From the NCBI GenBank assembly GCA_951406725.2, contig OX597835.1, forward strand, positions 7,130,001 to 7,194,000: a stretch of 64,000 nucleotides of DNA. The letters are read 5' to 3'. The DNA comes from Octopus vulgaris (taxonomy: Eukaryota). The position numbers and the translations under genes are program-made. Shown one piece after another: positions 41,508-54,672 of this stretch. The notes below the pieces were generated by a model that saw only the letters and a program-made list of their open reading frames with translations, did no database searches and had not been told where the DNA came from. Position 1 is the stretch's first letter; the number at the start of each line of letters is the position of its first letter.

Positions 41508-41670
41508 CCGATGTGTGGTCTGTTTAAGTCTCCGTAACTTAGCGGTTCAGCAAAAGACACCGATACAATAAGTATTAGACTTACAGGGAATAAGTTCTGG
41601 GGTCAATTTGTTCGACTAAACGTCGTGTTCCAGCATGGCCACAGTGAAATCACCGAAACAAATAAGAGAG
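41118..41670 (+). mobile_element. SINE family B with expanded internal (TA)n
   Basis: Head 41118-41272, 3' half 41507-41670. Confidence 0.82.
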
Positions 41671-41857
41671 TAGAAAAGCCTTTGGACGGTTGATTTATGT
41701 AGTTTTCTTATCAGTGTATTTTGGCGATTTAAGAGTTTTGATGATTATTTCCAGCAGGTAGACATATTTAGTATGTCCGTTGATTAAATTGAATCCTTGA
41801 GCTATTTAAAGGTTTTTTGTGGGGGCCTGCAATTGCCTATATTATTTATTCTTTATC

Positions 41858-41962
<105 letters not shown>

Positions 41963-41964
41963 GG

Positions 41965-41996
<32 letters not shown>

Positions 41997-42330
41997 CAGA
42001 GAGAAAGAGAAGGGAATAATGAGAACCATGGCTAGAGGCACATTATATAAAACAAGGTGACGTAAAGACAATTCAGGCCTCGATACTCATATCTAGATCT
42101 TTTAGTCCACGACTAAAAGATCTAGAAATTCTTGTTTTCTGGTTGGCAGCGGTGGTGATGTTGTCGCGGACTGTAAAACCCTTAATTTCTGATATCTCTC
42201 AGTGTACTTAGTGTCACTTATAGGTGCCACTTATAAATGGGGTCACTTATAAATGACGCCGAGTGGAGAGAGCTATTTGCATTGTAAGCGTGTTACAATC
42301 GAGCCATCCTTGACACCAAGCGTTACATAA

Positions 42331-42396
42331 TGGCGCATTGTTCGTCATTGGCACATTGTTCGTCATTGGCGCATTGTTCGTCATTGGCGCATTGCA
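42331..42396. repeat. 18-bp minisatellite TGGCGCATTGTTCGTCAT x3.5
   Basis: Direct reading. Confidence 0.9.
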
Positions 42397-42433
42397 GGAA
42401 GCTCTGCAATTCAAGTTCTGGATGTCTCACAAT

Positions 42434-42545
<112 letters not shown>

Positions 42546-42967
42546 ATATGTATGCACACACGGACGCACACATATAGATTAAAAATTCCAGAGAGAAAAT
42601 ATAATATATTTTCCACATATTCATTAAAGAATAAAGAATTTACATAACAAATGCGATTTAATTTCAATGACGTCATTACATTCAATATTTTATGGCATAT
42701 TTGTGATCTAAATCTAAACCAAAAGCAGGTTTTCTTTTTCATTCCTTCATTATTTTCTTTGTTGAAGTCTACAAGAAATATATCATTATTAAAGGACAGA
42801 CTGCAGATAAAAAAAAGCCCTCCAGGATTTACTATTATCTACTTCTAAAATATTGTAGATCTTTCTTATGTGTGTGTGTGTGTATCTGTGTGTGTCTATG
42901 TCTGCGTATGTAAGTACATGTGTGCTTGTATGTACACACACACACACACAGACACACACACACACAT

Positions 42968-43034
<67 letters not shown>

Positions 43035-43892
43035 CAGTGGTATTCACTAAAATAGAATCGATCTTTTTAAATATGCTTTTTATTATTAATCGGTTTATGA
43101 TATCTAATTAGCAATTTAATTTTAGAACGACTAACAATGAAAAATAATAAGATAAAAAAATATGAGAGACGGGTATTAAAAAAATTTCTATAACATTTTA
43201 ATAACTTTTTCCTTAAAAGGTTATTTAAAACGATAAATAATGTATTAATTTTGTTTTAAAAATCATTGATATTCTTCTTAATTCTTGTTAATAATTACTA
43301 GTAAAACAAGGGCGATGAACTGGCAGAATCGTTAACACGCCGGACGAAATGCTAAGCATTATTTCGCCCGTTGTTCTGAGTTCAAATTTCGCCGAGGTCG
43401 ATCTCTACATTTCATCCTTTCGGGGGTTGCTAAAAGAAGTACCAGCTAAACACTGGGGTCGATGTAATCGACTCATTCCCACCTCCCACAAGATACTCTT
43501 GTGACAAACATTTGAAATAATAATTATTAGTGAAACCAAAATGTTTTGTACACGTGGCAGTATTGTCGACATTGTTTCCTGTCGATTTTATTCGTATATA
43601 AAAAATGCCCAAGCGGAAATAGATAAGTAGTGACCTTAAAAAGAAAATTGTAGAAGTTCGCATGTCTGGCGACGGATACACTGAGTGTTGTAGACAATTT
43701 TCTGTACCGACTATTTCAATCAATTATTAAAGATATCGAGCCTACGGTTGTGACAAATTGAAAACGGAGCGGAAAAAATATGAATATACATAAATAATAC
43801 ACAAAGGATATTACAAACCGACGAGTGGTAAGAAGAATATTTTTCAAAATCGATTTTATGCTACACGTTATGAAAATTTATTAACATCACTG
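43035..43892 (+). mobile_element. Internally deleted Tc1-like transposon with long TIRs
   Basis: TA-CAGTG..CACTG-TA ends; 43056-43105 is an inverted match to 43807-43855; N-terminal MPKRK*ISSDLKKKIVEVRMSGDGY at 43605. Confidence 0.7.
43309..43520 (+). mobile_element. SINE family A nested in the Tc1 element
   Basis: GGCGATGAACTGGCAGAATCGTTAAC..GAGTTCAAATTTCGCCGAGGTCGA. Confidence 0.85.
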
Positions 43893-43936
43893 TATACCCA
43901 TGCGCACGCGCGCACATACACATACATAAATGTAAT

Positions 43937-44467
43937 GTGGCACTCCGTCGGTTACGACGACGAGGGTTCCAGTTGATCCGATGAACGGAACAGCCTGATC
44001 GTGAAGTTAACGTGCAAGTGGCTGAGTACTCCACAGACACGTGTACCCTTAACGTAGTTCTCGGGGAGAGTCAGCGTGACACAGTCTTTGACAAGGCTGG
44101 CCCTTTGAGATACAGGTACAACAGAAACAGGAAGAAAGAGTGAGAAAGTTGTGGTGACGGAACAGCCTGCTCGTGAAGTTAACCTGCAAGTGGCTGAGTA
44201 CTCCACAGACACGTGTACCCTTAACGTTGTTCTCGGGGAGAGTCAGCGTGACACAGTGTTTGACAAGGCTGGCCCTTTGAGATACAGGTACAACAGAAAC
44301 AGGAAGAAAGAGTGAGATAAATTTTCGTCACCCATCCCCTGCCGGAGCCTTGTGGAGCTTTAGGTGTTTTCACTCAATAAACACTCACAAGACCCGGTCT
44401 GGGTGTCGAAGCCACGATCCTACAACCCCGAGTCCGTTGCCCTAACCACTGGGCCATTGCGCCTCCT
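43937..44467 (-). mobile_element. SINE family C type 1 with ~171-bp internal tandem duplication
   Basis: ACGGAACAGCCTG..GAAAGAGTGAGA present at about 43985 and 44157. Confidence 0.9.
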
Positions 44468-44474
44468 CATAAAT

Positions 44475-45590
44475 GTAATAAGTAGTCAGCTTAGAAGGGA
44501 AATTGTAGAAGTACGCATGCTTGGCGACGGATGCATTGGGGCTTCTGGACGATTTTCTGTACCGACTATTTTAATCATTATCAAAAAATATCGAGCCTAC
44601 GATTGTGTGACAAATAGAAAAAAGGAGCGGAAGAAAACGAAAGCTGTCAGAGGATTTCATGCAAAGACTGGTGAGACAAATTGGGAGTGAGCCTTGGACA
44701 ATTTAGAAAGTGGTCAGCGAGCAGTTTGGGCAGCTGGGTATAAAAGTTTCTTCATCAACCACAAGGAGGGCGTTGTGGACATCTGGGATCAACTGTGAGA
44801 ATCCCCATCCCCTTCCTTAGGTTCTGTCACATTAAAATTCGACGAAACTATGCAAAAAGCGTGTTAAACAAACCTGCTCAGTTTTGTCGAAAGGTCTGTG
44901 GTCAATGAGACCCAAATCGAACTTTATGACTACAACAAGAAGGCTAGAGATAAGCAGAAACCTGTTTCGACTAAAAAATTCAACATTGAGATGGGTCGTT
45001 GCAAAATATCGATATCCATACTGTGAAGTATGGCAGTGCAAATCTAATGTTTTGGGATGTGTTTTTCAGCAGGTGACCCAGAATGAGTTGTTGTATCAAA
45101 GACGGGATGAAAAAAATGATTACCTCAAAATATTAGACGAGAATCTTCGAATGCCAGCAGAAGAGTTGGGGTTTGGTGATAATTAGAACTTTTAACATAC
45201 TTGAAGATTAGCAATAATGCTTCAAAGCATACGTCGAAATGCCTGGCTTGGCGAAGAGGATATCGATATTTTGCAACGACCATCTCAATTGTCGCACTTG
45301 AATCCAATTGAAAATATTTGGTGCCACTTCAAAGTTCAGATTCAGAAAAGATGCCCCCAAAAATCTGAACGTTTTAGAGATAATTGCATATGAAGAATGG
45401 ACACAAATTGAAACTTAAATTTCTGGTAAGTTAGTTTCTAGTTATACAAAAGGATAACAATTATTGATAACAAACGCTCCGTTGTAAAAAGAAATTAATA
45501 ATTCAATGAAATTGTGTATATTAATATGTATAAATAATATACAAAAGATATTACTAACAGACGATTGGTAAGAAGAATATATTAAAACAT
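44475..45590 (+). mobile_element. Decayed Tc1-family transposase
   Basis: ISSQLRREIVE.., LWSNETQIEL, NNASKHTSK and LNPIENIW (SPDLNPIENLW) motifs; 3' end matches 43780-43850. Confidence 0.8.
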
Positions 45591-46084
45591 GACCCTTTGG
45601 ATAGAAAAAAAAGACGAAGGCTGCCCGAAGGAGTTTAATCCGCATCTTTCGTAAATGCAGCTAAAGTTCTACCATTAGAACAAACAAATTCTTCGAGTTC
45701 CTCTATCCGTTTCAGAAACTTGATTCTAACCAGCACGAAGTATATATTACTGACGTCATAAGAAACTAAGCAATTAAAGCTATACATAGTTGCTTATAAA
45801 TACTGGGTTAAGAGAAATCTTGCATAGAAAAATAGAAAACATCCAAGGCTGTGCTTTGAGAGATGAATTCATATCTCCTGTGAATATGACAGATGATCTA
45901 CTATTGTTCCGAAGCAATTCGTCAGGTGACTTAAAGAGCAATTTCTGATGGTAAGAAATAAGATTCCATGATATATATTCTTTTTCGATGAACCAGTGAT
46001 TCCAGTTGACCACCGAAGGTAGATCAAAGAAAAAATGTTAAGGAAACCGTTTGTAAATGAACGCTACAAAGGGAAACCAAATAT

Positions 46085-46495
46085 TTTTCCTATTAAAAAC
46101 CACCTTTTTTACTCTTTTACTTGTTTCAGTCATTTGATTGCGGCCATGCTGGAGCACCGCCTTTAGTCGAGCAAATCGACCCCGGGACTTATTCTTTGTA
46201 AGCCCAGTACTTATTTTATCGGTCTCTTTTGCCGAACTGCTAAGTGACGGGGACATAAACACACCAGCATCGGTTGTCAAGCAATGCTAGGTAGACAAAC
46301 ACAAACGCACACACATATATATACATATATACGACAGGCTTCTTTCAGTTTCCGTCTACCAAATCCACTCACAAGGCATTGGTTGGCCCGGGGCTATAGC
46401 AGAAGACATTTGCCCATGATGCCACGCAGTGGGACTGAACCCGGAACCATGTGGTTGGTTAGCAAGCTACTTACCACACAGCCACTCCTGCGCCT
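46085..46495 (-). mobile_element. SINE family B, full length
   Basis: Close match to 3322-3734. Confidence 0.93.
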
Positions 46496-46920
46496 TAAAA
46501 AAATTTTTAAAAAATTAGAGAGCAGACATTACAAAAATATAGATTTAGGTATTCCGGAAAGAAAAAGGGGGAAAAAAAAACGAGATGATCACAATACCGC
46601 AACATTATGTTTACTAAATTGAGATTGACCAGGGGTTAAAGAACATAGGTCATTGCGTTTCTTGTTTTGTTTTGTTTTCATTTGCAATAAATGATTTTAC
46701 GGACAAAACACAAGGGGAAACCATTGATTAAGAAAAAAAAAACAAAAACAGAAAGAAAGAATCGTAATTTACTTAATGAAGTTTTAGATAATTTCTTGTA
46801 GTTATTTTTCTACGTCAGCCATATTGATATGAAAAGAAAAATGAATGCCAAGGGATTTCCAAAGCAGAAACTGGACACCACTATTAAGATTCAGCTAAAT
46901 AAATAGATACATAAATAAAC

Positions 46921-46960
<40 letters not shown>

Positions 46961-47187
46961 TGTGTTTCATTTATTGGCCACTACAGCCGAACATTAATCA
47001 AAATGGGACAATACAACACAAGGGACAAGCGGGGCTAAACACAAAACTTCGTGTATAAAATTAATCATGATGATGATGATGATAATAATAATAATAATAA
47101 TAATAATAATAGTAGTAGTAGTAGTAGTAGTAGTAGTAGATAATGATAATGATGATGATGATAATAATAATAATAATAATAATAATT

Positions 47188-47743
47188 AATGCCCTGATGC
47201 AGTACCAGGAGTTGCTCTCGTGGCTTCTCATCTTAATTGATTCAAAATGTTGTCATGTACATTGTTTTGTCTTGGTATAAAAGATGGGCTACAGCAAATA
47301 TTCTGCTCAATACCACAGATTTGCTTGTCGGTTGTTTGACCGTAACCAGTTGAGCGTATACCTTAGTTGCTGACGACATGTGCATCTCTGATCACGACAG
47401 AAATAGTGGGGGAGCATCGTAGTCACGTGTTGCGAGGTATTCGTTGGGCTTTGGATAATTCACCTCTGGAAATATGGGTGTTTTGTTCAACATCCTTAAA
47501 ACAAATCTTATTTGGGACGCTTGAGTGGGATGGGCTACTCGACCTGAAGAAAATTCTAACAGGGCCCTACCTGCAAGGTCATGCGCTGTTAATCTTGATA
47601 TGAGATCACCAGATCGCGCACATACGGTTGTGATATATGTGCCTGGTGTACCCTTATCAAATGGGTAGTCATGATGGGTATACTGGGCTTCGTATATTTT
47701 ACCCCAGTGTCACTTTGATGGCATGCACTGTGCTCTCTCACTC
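47188..47743 (+). mobile_element. ~560-bp non-coding interspersed element embedded in (TAA)n, copy 1
   Basis: Collinear with 53257-53760; same 3' end CTCTCTCACTC-AATAATAAT; strand inferred from the tail. Confidence 0.85.
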
Positions 47744-47755
47744 AATAATAATAAT

Positions 47756-48075
47756 CTTTTCTACTAAAGGTACAAGGCCTGAAATTTTTTGGAGGTGACT
47801 TAGCCGATCACACCGATTCTAGTAATTGACTGGTACTTAGTTTATATAATGGTAATGATAATCCTTTCTGCTATAGGCGCAAAGCTTGAAATTTTTGGGA
47901 AGGGGACCAGTCAATTTCACCGACCACAGTGTGTACCTGGTACTTAATTTATAGATCCCGAAAGGATGAAAAGCAAATCGACCCCGGCGTCGTTTGAACA
48001 CAGAACATAAAGACAGACGAAATACTGCTAAGCATTTTGCCCGGCGTGCTAACGATTCTACCAGCTCGCTGCCTT
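47756..48075 (-). mobile_element. SINE family A copy plus extra 3' fragment
   Basis: CCAGCTCGCTGCCTT head at 48061-48075; repeated CTGGTACTTA..GAAATTTT tails. Confidence 0.8.
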
Positions 48076-48076
48076 C

Positions 48077-48143
<67 letters not shown>

Positions 48144-48179
48144 TGATGATGATAATAATAATAATAATAATGATAACGA

Positions 48180-48264
<85 letters not shown>

Positions 48265-48775
48265 CTGCTGCGGCTGATGAGGTTGATGATGGTCTCTTTT
48301 TTTGTCACAGGAGCTTTAAATAACAGTGAACTTTATAAACTTTACAAGGACAGTTTTTAATTTGTGTTGGTATTTACATAAAAGATGAGAAGAAGAAAGG
48401 CGGAAGAGGAGGAAATGAGAGGAAAAATATGAATAAAATACAAAATATGTGAAACAAGAGGATCTCCATCAACAGCCAGTCAAAGAGCCCCACACATCAA
48501 CGATTACTCTGACGACCTAAATCATAATCATTACTCCAACCGTTGTACTCAAATATACGGGCGCATCGAGTAGCACCATTTGCCCATTTTCCCCTTTTGA
48601 AAAATTTACTGTGAGAGAATATCATGCTTCAAAAGTCAAGTGACATTGGCAAAAAATGGGTTAAACAACAGTTATTTGCGCAGTACTCTGTGGCCTCCGT
48701 GAGGAATACTGCTGTTTTTATATCAATAAAATAAATTAGGAAATGAATGATAATAAAAGATAATTAATAAATAAT

Positions 48776-49145
48776 AGTGGCTGTGTGGTAAGCAGCTTGC
48801 TTACCAAGCACATGGTTCTGGCTTCAGTCCCAATGTGTGGCACCCTGGGCAAATGTTGTCTACGATAGCCTCGGGTCGACCAGAGCCTTGCGAGTAGATT
48901 TGGTACATGGAAACTGAAAGAAGCCTGTCGTATATATATATGTGTGTGTGTGTGTGTGCGTTTCCGTGTCTGTGTTTGACAACCGATGCTGGTGTGTTTA
49001 TGTCCCCGTAACTTAGCGGTTCAGCAAAAGAGACCGATAGAATAAGTACTTGGCTTACAAAGAATAAGTCCTGAGGTCGATTTGCTCGGCTACAGGCGGT
49101 GCTCCAGCATGGCCGCAGTCAAATGACTGAAACAAGTAGAAGTGA
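48776..49145 (+). mobile_element. SINE family B
   Basis: Collinear with 4335-4738. Confidence 0.9.
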
Positions 49146-49708
49146 TAAATAAAAAATAAATAAATAGTAGATAATAATATATAAATAATAAATAAATAAA
49201 GACACAAGTCCAAACAGCGTAATGTACAAACCCATATACACGTGCACGGGACCCACATACTCAATACATATAGACAAACATATAGACACACACCAACAGA
49301 CGTAAACGCACGCGCAGATAGAGATACATATCACAGAGTGCCAAACAGGATTAAACAGGACGAGAAGAGACACATGGAACAGAGATACCCTGATGAGGTC
49401 ACAGAGTGTGTGACGAAAGAATTTTGACAGACGTATAAACTAAAAATACTACGAATAGAAAGTTAGGTGAAGATTGAATAAACAGAGCGTGTGTTTAATT
49501 GGCAACAAAAAACAAAAGATGACCGTTCCCAAGTATAACAACGTCTGTTTCAACTCGTTCACATCAGGAATATTGCAAAACAAATACATGAACGTAAATA
49601 ATAATTATCTCTATTGAGGAAGTAAAAAAGAAGTGTTTTTTGTTTTCTGGTGCGCTGTACAGAGAAATTAATCTATTCCAGTACACAAGCGACATTACAT
49701 AGAAGATT

Positions 49709-49925
49709 CAAGGCAGCGAGCTGGCATAATCGTTAGCTCGCCGGACGAACAGCTTAGCTGTATTTCGTCCGTCGCTACGTTGTGAGTTCAAATGCTGCCG
49801 AGGTCGAGGTCGACTTTGCCTTTCATCCTTTCGGGGTCGAGAAATAATTTGCGTACCAATTGCGTACTGGGGTCGATTTAATAGCGACTGACTCCCTCCT
49901 CTCCCAAAATTTTGGGCCTTGTGCA
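49709..49925 (+). mobile_element. SINE family A
   Basis: AAGGCAGCGAGCTGGCATAATCGTTAGC..GCCTTTCATCCTTTCGGGGTCGA. Confidence 0.88.
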
Positions 49926-50083
49926 GTCTAAAGTCATTCATATTGTGAAATATTAAGACAACTTACCATCGTACAAAGTAATGTTTTAATGGCTTTACTG
50001 TCTGAAAACCACTAATTTGTGAAAGATTTTGGTCATTCCAATTGAACAAGTAAAGCACATACATTGATTACGTGTGCTCGATA

Positions 50084-50147
<64 letters not shown>

Positions 50148-50204
50148 ATATATAGCTTCTCCCCACAGAGTCGCGTGTGCGCCTGTATTTCTTCTCATAT
50201 CCAC

Positions 50205-50533
50205 ATTACAGCGTTGGCTGGGTCATGCCCTCCGTCGTCAACCAGCAGAATTCATCCACGAAGCAATTGCCCCAGCTCCCCTTCAAGGTTGGCGAAAGCG
50301 ATGTGGTGGACAACGAAAAACCTACCTGGCTGATGACAGTCAAGGCTGATCTGGAACCCAACCTAGGCCCCCCCATATCTACGGCGTTCGCCGCTGGAAT
50401 AAGGAGTGGTTGGAGATCACGCGGTCGTTAGCCTCAAATCGCCAGGCCTGGTCGGCGTTTGTGAGAGATGCAGCACTGATGATAAATGAAGCCAGCTCAA
50501 CCCACTCCGAGGGAATGCTGTCAAGTCAAGTCA
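50205..50533 (+). mobile_element. RTE-clade LINE 3' end
   Basis: RWLGHALRR..GWRKRCGGQRKT/WLMTVKADLE..LASNRQAWSAFVRD; short-repeat tail GTCAAGTCAAGTCA. Confidence 0.85.
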
Positions 50534-50959
50534 TTACAAGAGGGAAAATTACAAAACAACGGCAAATTATACCCCGATGGAATTCGAATTAAAATCAAAG
50601 CGGCACGAGACTAGGGCCGTTGCTCACCAGGACACTCTTTCTCCAACAGGGCTGTTGTACGAAAGCAAAAATGATAATTACTATTTATCACAATTGCACG
50701 AATTTATCGTAATTGCGAAAGAAAAGCGATATGGTTAATTATGTTTGACATATATAAAATCTCAATGTTATTTAATCACCGTTTAAATGGTATAACAATT
50801 AAAGTTTCTATAACGCATTCCGAAATTAGAACACGCGTATTAAATGCTTTTTCGCGTTTAGTTCTCTCGTAAATTGCTTTAGCTAATTAAGTTATTAATA
50901 AGTATTAATAGTTCTTTGTTAATTAGCTGCCGGTTCAAAAATATATATTAGAAACAAAT

Positions 50960-51100
50960 GGGCGCAGGCGTGGCTGTGTAGTAGGTTGAGTTTTCAGTCC
51001 CACTGCGTGGAACCCAGGGCAAATATTTTCTACTATAGCCTAGCGCTGTCCCAAAGTGAATGGGTTCAATTGAGAGAAACTGAAAGAAGCCCATCGTATA
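50960..51100 (+). mobile_element. SINE family B 5' fragment
   Basis: GGCGCAGGCGTGGCTGTG..TTCAGTCCCACTGCGTGG..GAAACTGAAAGAAGCCC. Confidence 0.78.
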
Positions 51101-51120
51101 TGTATATATGTAATATATAT

Positions 51121-51155
51121 ATTTCCGACGAAGAGCTCCGCTCGAAACGTTAAAT
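51121..51155 (+). ncRNA. Minimal hammerhead variant with CCGACGA core (HH3, second copy; host repeat extends to 51255)
   Basis: ATTT-CCGACGA-A-GAGC TCC GCTC-GAAA-CG-TT-AAAT. Confidence 0.55.
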
Positions 51156-51249
51156 CCTCCTTCTTCCCTTCTTTCCTGAGCGTCCAATAATACTTTATTT
51201 GTTCCACGTCCTCGCGTTGCTGTGTTTTTTAGTGTTTTCTTGTTTGGAT

Positions 51250-51309
<60 letters not shown>

Positions 51310-51579
51310 CGTGTGTTGAAACACTCCTGTCACAACCTGGGACCTTGAAGACTGCTTTAATGCAAGAAAGTATACTAGTCCCTTAATATTTTACATTCAG
51401 TATTTCATGTATTCAATAAGACAATCTATACTTCATTTCATTTTACTATATATATATTATTTATACTATATATTCTATATTCTACATTAATATTATAAAG
51501 AATATAAATAAAACATAAAAAAACAATTTGGACTTTCTTTTTATAATATATAACCCTCTATACACAATCATACAAACCC

Positions 51580-51669
<90 letters not shown>

Positions 51670-52554
51670 GTGTGTCTTCCACGTCGCAACCAGTGTTGGT
51701 GTATTTACGTCCCGGTAACTTAGTGGTTCGGAAAAAGTTAAAAACACAACCCTATCTGAAAAAAGAAACATCTGAAAACATTCGAAATAACCTACAATCT
51801 AGGTGTATTGCAAAAGTCGGCATTACTTGGAACTGCACACGTATTGCGTAAAGTACTGTCTGTCTGAGGTCCTTGTTGTGACTTGATAAACAGTACAAAC
51901 CCCCGGTAGACACAATATCTTCAATCAACAACCCCGCGATATTGTATACAGTGCAACGTCTAGAATAATAATAATAATAATAATGTAATATCTACAATAT
52001 TATGAGAAAAGTAAAACTTTCCGTGAACTCACAAACGATCATCTTTAAGAACTTTAATATCTACACTTTACTGTGAATAGCCAAATATGTAAACAACTTC
52101 TCTGCAAGAACACTTTTAAACACCTCTGGCTATCTTTACTTAAACAGTTTACGGGCTTAAAAACTTGATTATACTCAGTTTTCTCTGGACGAACACACAA
52201 ATGATAAAAAATTTAAAACGATCATCTTTAATATATACATTGTACTGTGAATGCCGCCGGATAACTAATTTAAGCAATTTATATATATAGAAATTATATA
52301 TATGTGAGTGTGTGTGTGTATTTTATTTTTGTCTTTCTATCGGTAATTAAAACGCACAAGGTGTGTCGGTAGTAAACACATATTTGACCTCTGCTGACCG
52401 CTCCTTTGCAGGACCACATGGGTACAATCACTCTTTCACCCCTCGCCTACTCCTATTGAGTCTATTTATAGACTAACGATATCTAACTGTATGACTGCCA
52501 TCCCGCCTATCTACTGCCAACCTGCCCTCTCCTTCCTCTTTATAATAACAATAA

Positions 52555-53034
52555 TCAACTGTTGCCATGACTACAAGGAGTGACCACAGGCCGGCTATGG
52601 CTGCTATAAGGGTACGATTATAATTGTAACGACAATGATGGCCGTCTCCCCGCGAGCTACTCAGAGCTCAAAAATGATAACATCATCGTAGCACCAAAAT
52701 GTTTTTGGAAACTAAAAGGAAAACTAAATCAGTATACCAAATCGCTTGTCCTATGGTTAATCTGGAAGCGCGTCCCCCAGGGAAGATCCAGCCTGGGATC
52801 GAAAAGTCATCAACTGGCACAAACTCTTCTCCGAATACGGGCATGGATGGTCACTTGAACGGGAAATTCCCCAACTCGAGCCCTCCAAGTTCACCACCAC
52901 AACCACCACAGAAAGAAAAATGTAAGCGGAACAAATGGACCCGAGAAGAGTATAAAGAAGTAATATACGCTTATTACTATGCATTAGGTAGGCCATCTCA
53001 AGAGAGACACACCGCAAACTCTTACAGTATATGG

Positions 53035-53035
<1 letters not shown>
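52555..53035 (+). mobile_element. 5' end of an R4/Dong-like retrotransposon (5' UTR and N-terminal ORF)
   Basis: ORF from 52699 contains KRNKWTREEYKEVIYAYYYA..YSIW, like the RxKWTxE..CYY..W N-terminal motif of this clade; preceded by TAATAACAATAAT, broken by (AAT)n. Confidence 0.65.
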
Positions 53036-53110
<75 letters not shown>

Positions 53111-53127
53111 TGATAATAATAATAATG

Positions 53128-53205
<78 letters not shown>

Positions 53206-53256
53206 GGGGGGGCATCAGAAGTAGTGGGGGAGTATAAAGAAGTAGTGGGGAGCATC

Positions 53257-53760
53257 TGGAAGTGTTATCATGTACATTGTTTTGTCTTGGTATAAAAGAT
53301 GGGCTACAGCAAATATTCTGCTCAATACCACAGATTTGCTTGTCAGTTGTTTGACCTTAACCAGTTGAGCATGTCCCTTAGTGGCTGACGATATGTGCAT
53401 CTCTGATCACGAGCAGAAGTAGTGGGGGAGCATCATAGCCATGTGTTAAGAGGGATTCTTTGGGGTTTGAATAATTCACCTCTGGAAACATGGGTGGTTC
53501 TTTCAACATCCTTAAACAACCCTTATTCAGGGACCTTTTGAGCGGGATGGGCTACTCAACCTGAAGAAAATTCTAACTGGGCCCCACCTGCAAGGTCATG
53601 CGCTGTTTATATCTTGATATGAGATCACCATGTCGCGCACATATGGTTGTGATGCATGTGACTGGTGTACCTTTATCAGACGGGTAGTCATGATGGGTAT
53701 ATTGGGCTTCGTATATTTTACCCCAGTGTCACGTTGATGGCATGAACTGCTCTCTCACTC
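53257..53760 (+). mobile_element. (TAA)n-embedded non-coding element, copy 2 (5'-truncated)
   Basis: Collinear with 47245-47743; long (AAT)n upstream (53035-53205) and directly downstream. Confidence 0.85.
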
Positions 53761-53807
<47 letters not shown>

Positions 53808-54313
53808 TAATAATAATAATAATAATAATAAGTCTGTGGACGATTCGATCGAGTAAAATTCCTTCAAGGCTGTGCACCAGCATGGCCGTCGCCGTATAAC
53901 AGAGAGAAGCAAAAGATAAAGTTTGGGATTAGAAAAATCGGTGCCTTCCTTGTTTCTCAAGAGATTCCTAAAGTAACGGGTTTGAAGCAAAGTTGCGAGT
54001 CAATGATTTGGTGAGGGTTTGGATAGGTTTATCTTTGTAAATACAGAATGTACCAACACAGTGCACAAATAGGCAGACGTTATTTATGTTGGTGGTGGTA
54101 GTAGTCGGTGGTTTTGAGGGGTTGTGTGGATTGTGGGGAGCAAGAAATAAAATGTCAAAATACGTAGCCAGGGAAAATTGCATCAATGAACTTTGCTAAT
54201 TAATCTTGATTGCCGAGTTCGTTCGGAACAAATGGGTAAAAAAAGAAAGAAAGGAAGGAAGAAACAACCCCCAGAAAGGCTGGCATGTTTAAATGAGCAT
54301 GGGTTGGTGTGTA

Positions 54314-54367
<54 letters not shown>

Positions 54368-54494
54368 CGTGTCTGTGTGTCTATAACTATAATTTTATAC
54401 ATATATATCGTATATAGATGCACATGCGTACACGCACTCACACACACACATACATATATGTATACATACGAATATTTATATACATATGTATATA

Positions 54495-54542
<48 letters not shown>

Positions 54543-54609
54543 GAAAATAGTAATGCAATACGAGAGTATTAATATAAACATCAGGCTTCGTTGTGCCATT
54601 TATTTACTT

Positions 54610-54658
<49 letters not shown>

Positions 54659-54672
54659 TGTATATATATATA

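Noticed and set aside
45830-45940. RT-like MTDDLLLF motif
   Set aside because: Too short, with no supporting upstream RT motifs
48077-48262. (AAT)n followed by (ATT)n palindrome
   Set aside because: Explained by adjacent opposite-strand microsatellites or SINE tails; no evidence of function
49388-49430. CTGATGA-G-GTCACA..TGTGAC-GAAA hammerhead-like core
   Set aside because: Stem II is good, but I could not form stem I or a valid NUH/stem III in type I or type III topology
52585-52680. HDV-like ribozyme at the Dong-like 5' end (GGCCGGC.., TCCCCGC)
   Set aside because: Could not build the nested P1/P2/P3 pseudoknot by eye; an RNArobo search would settle it
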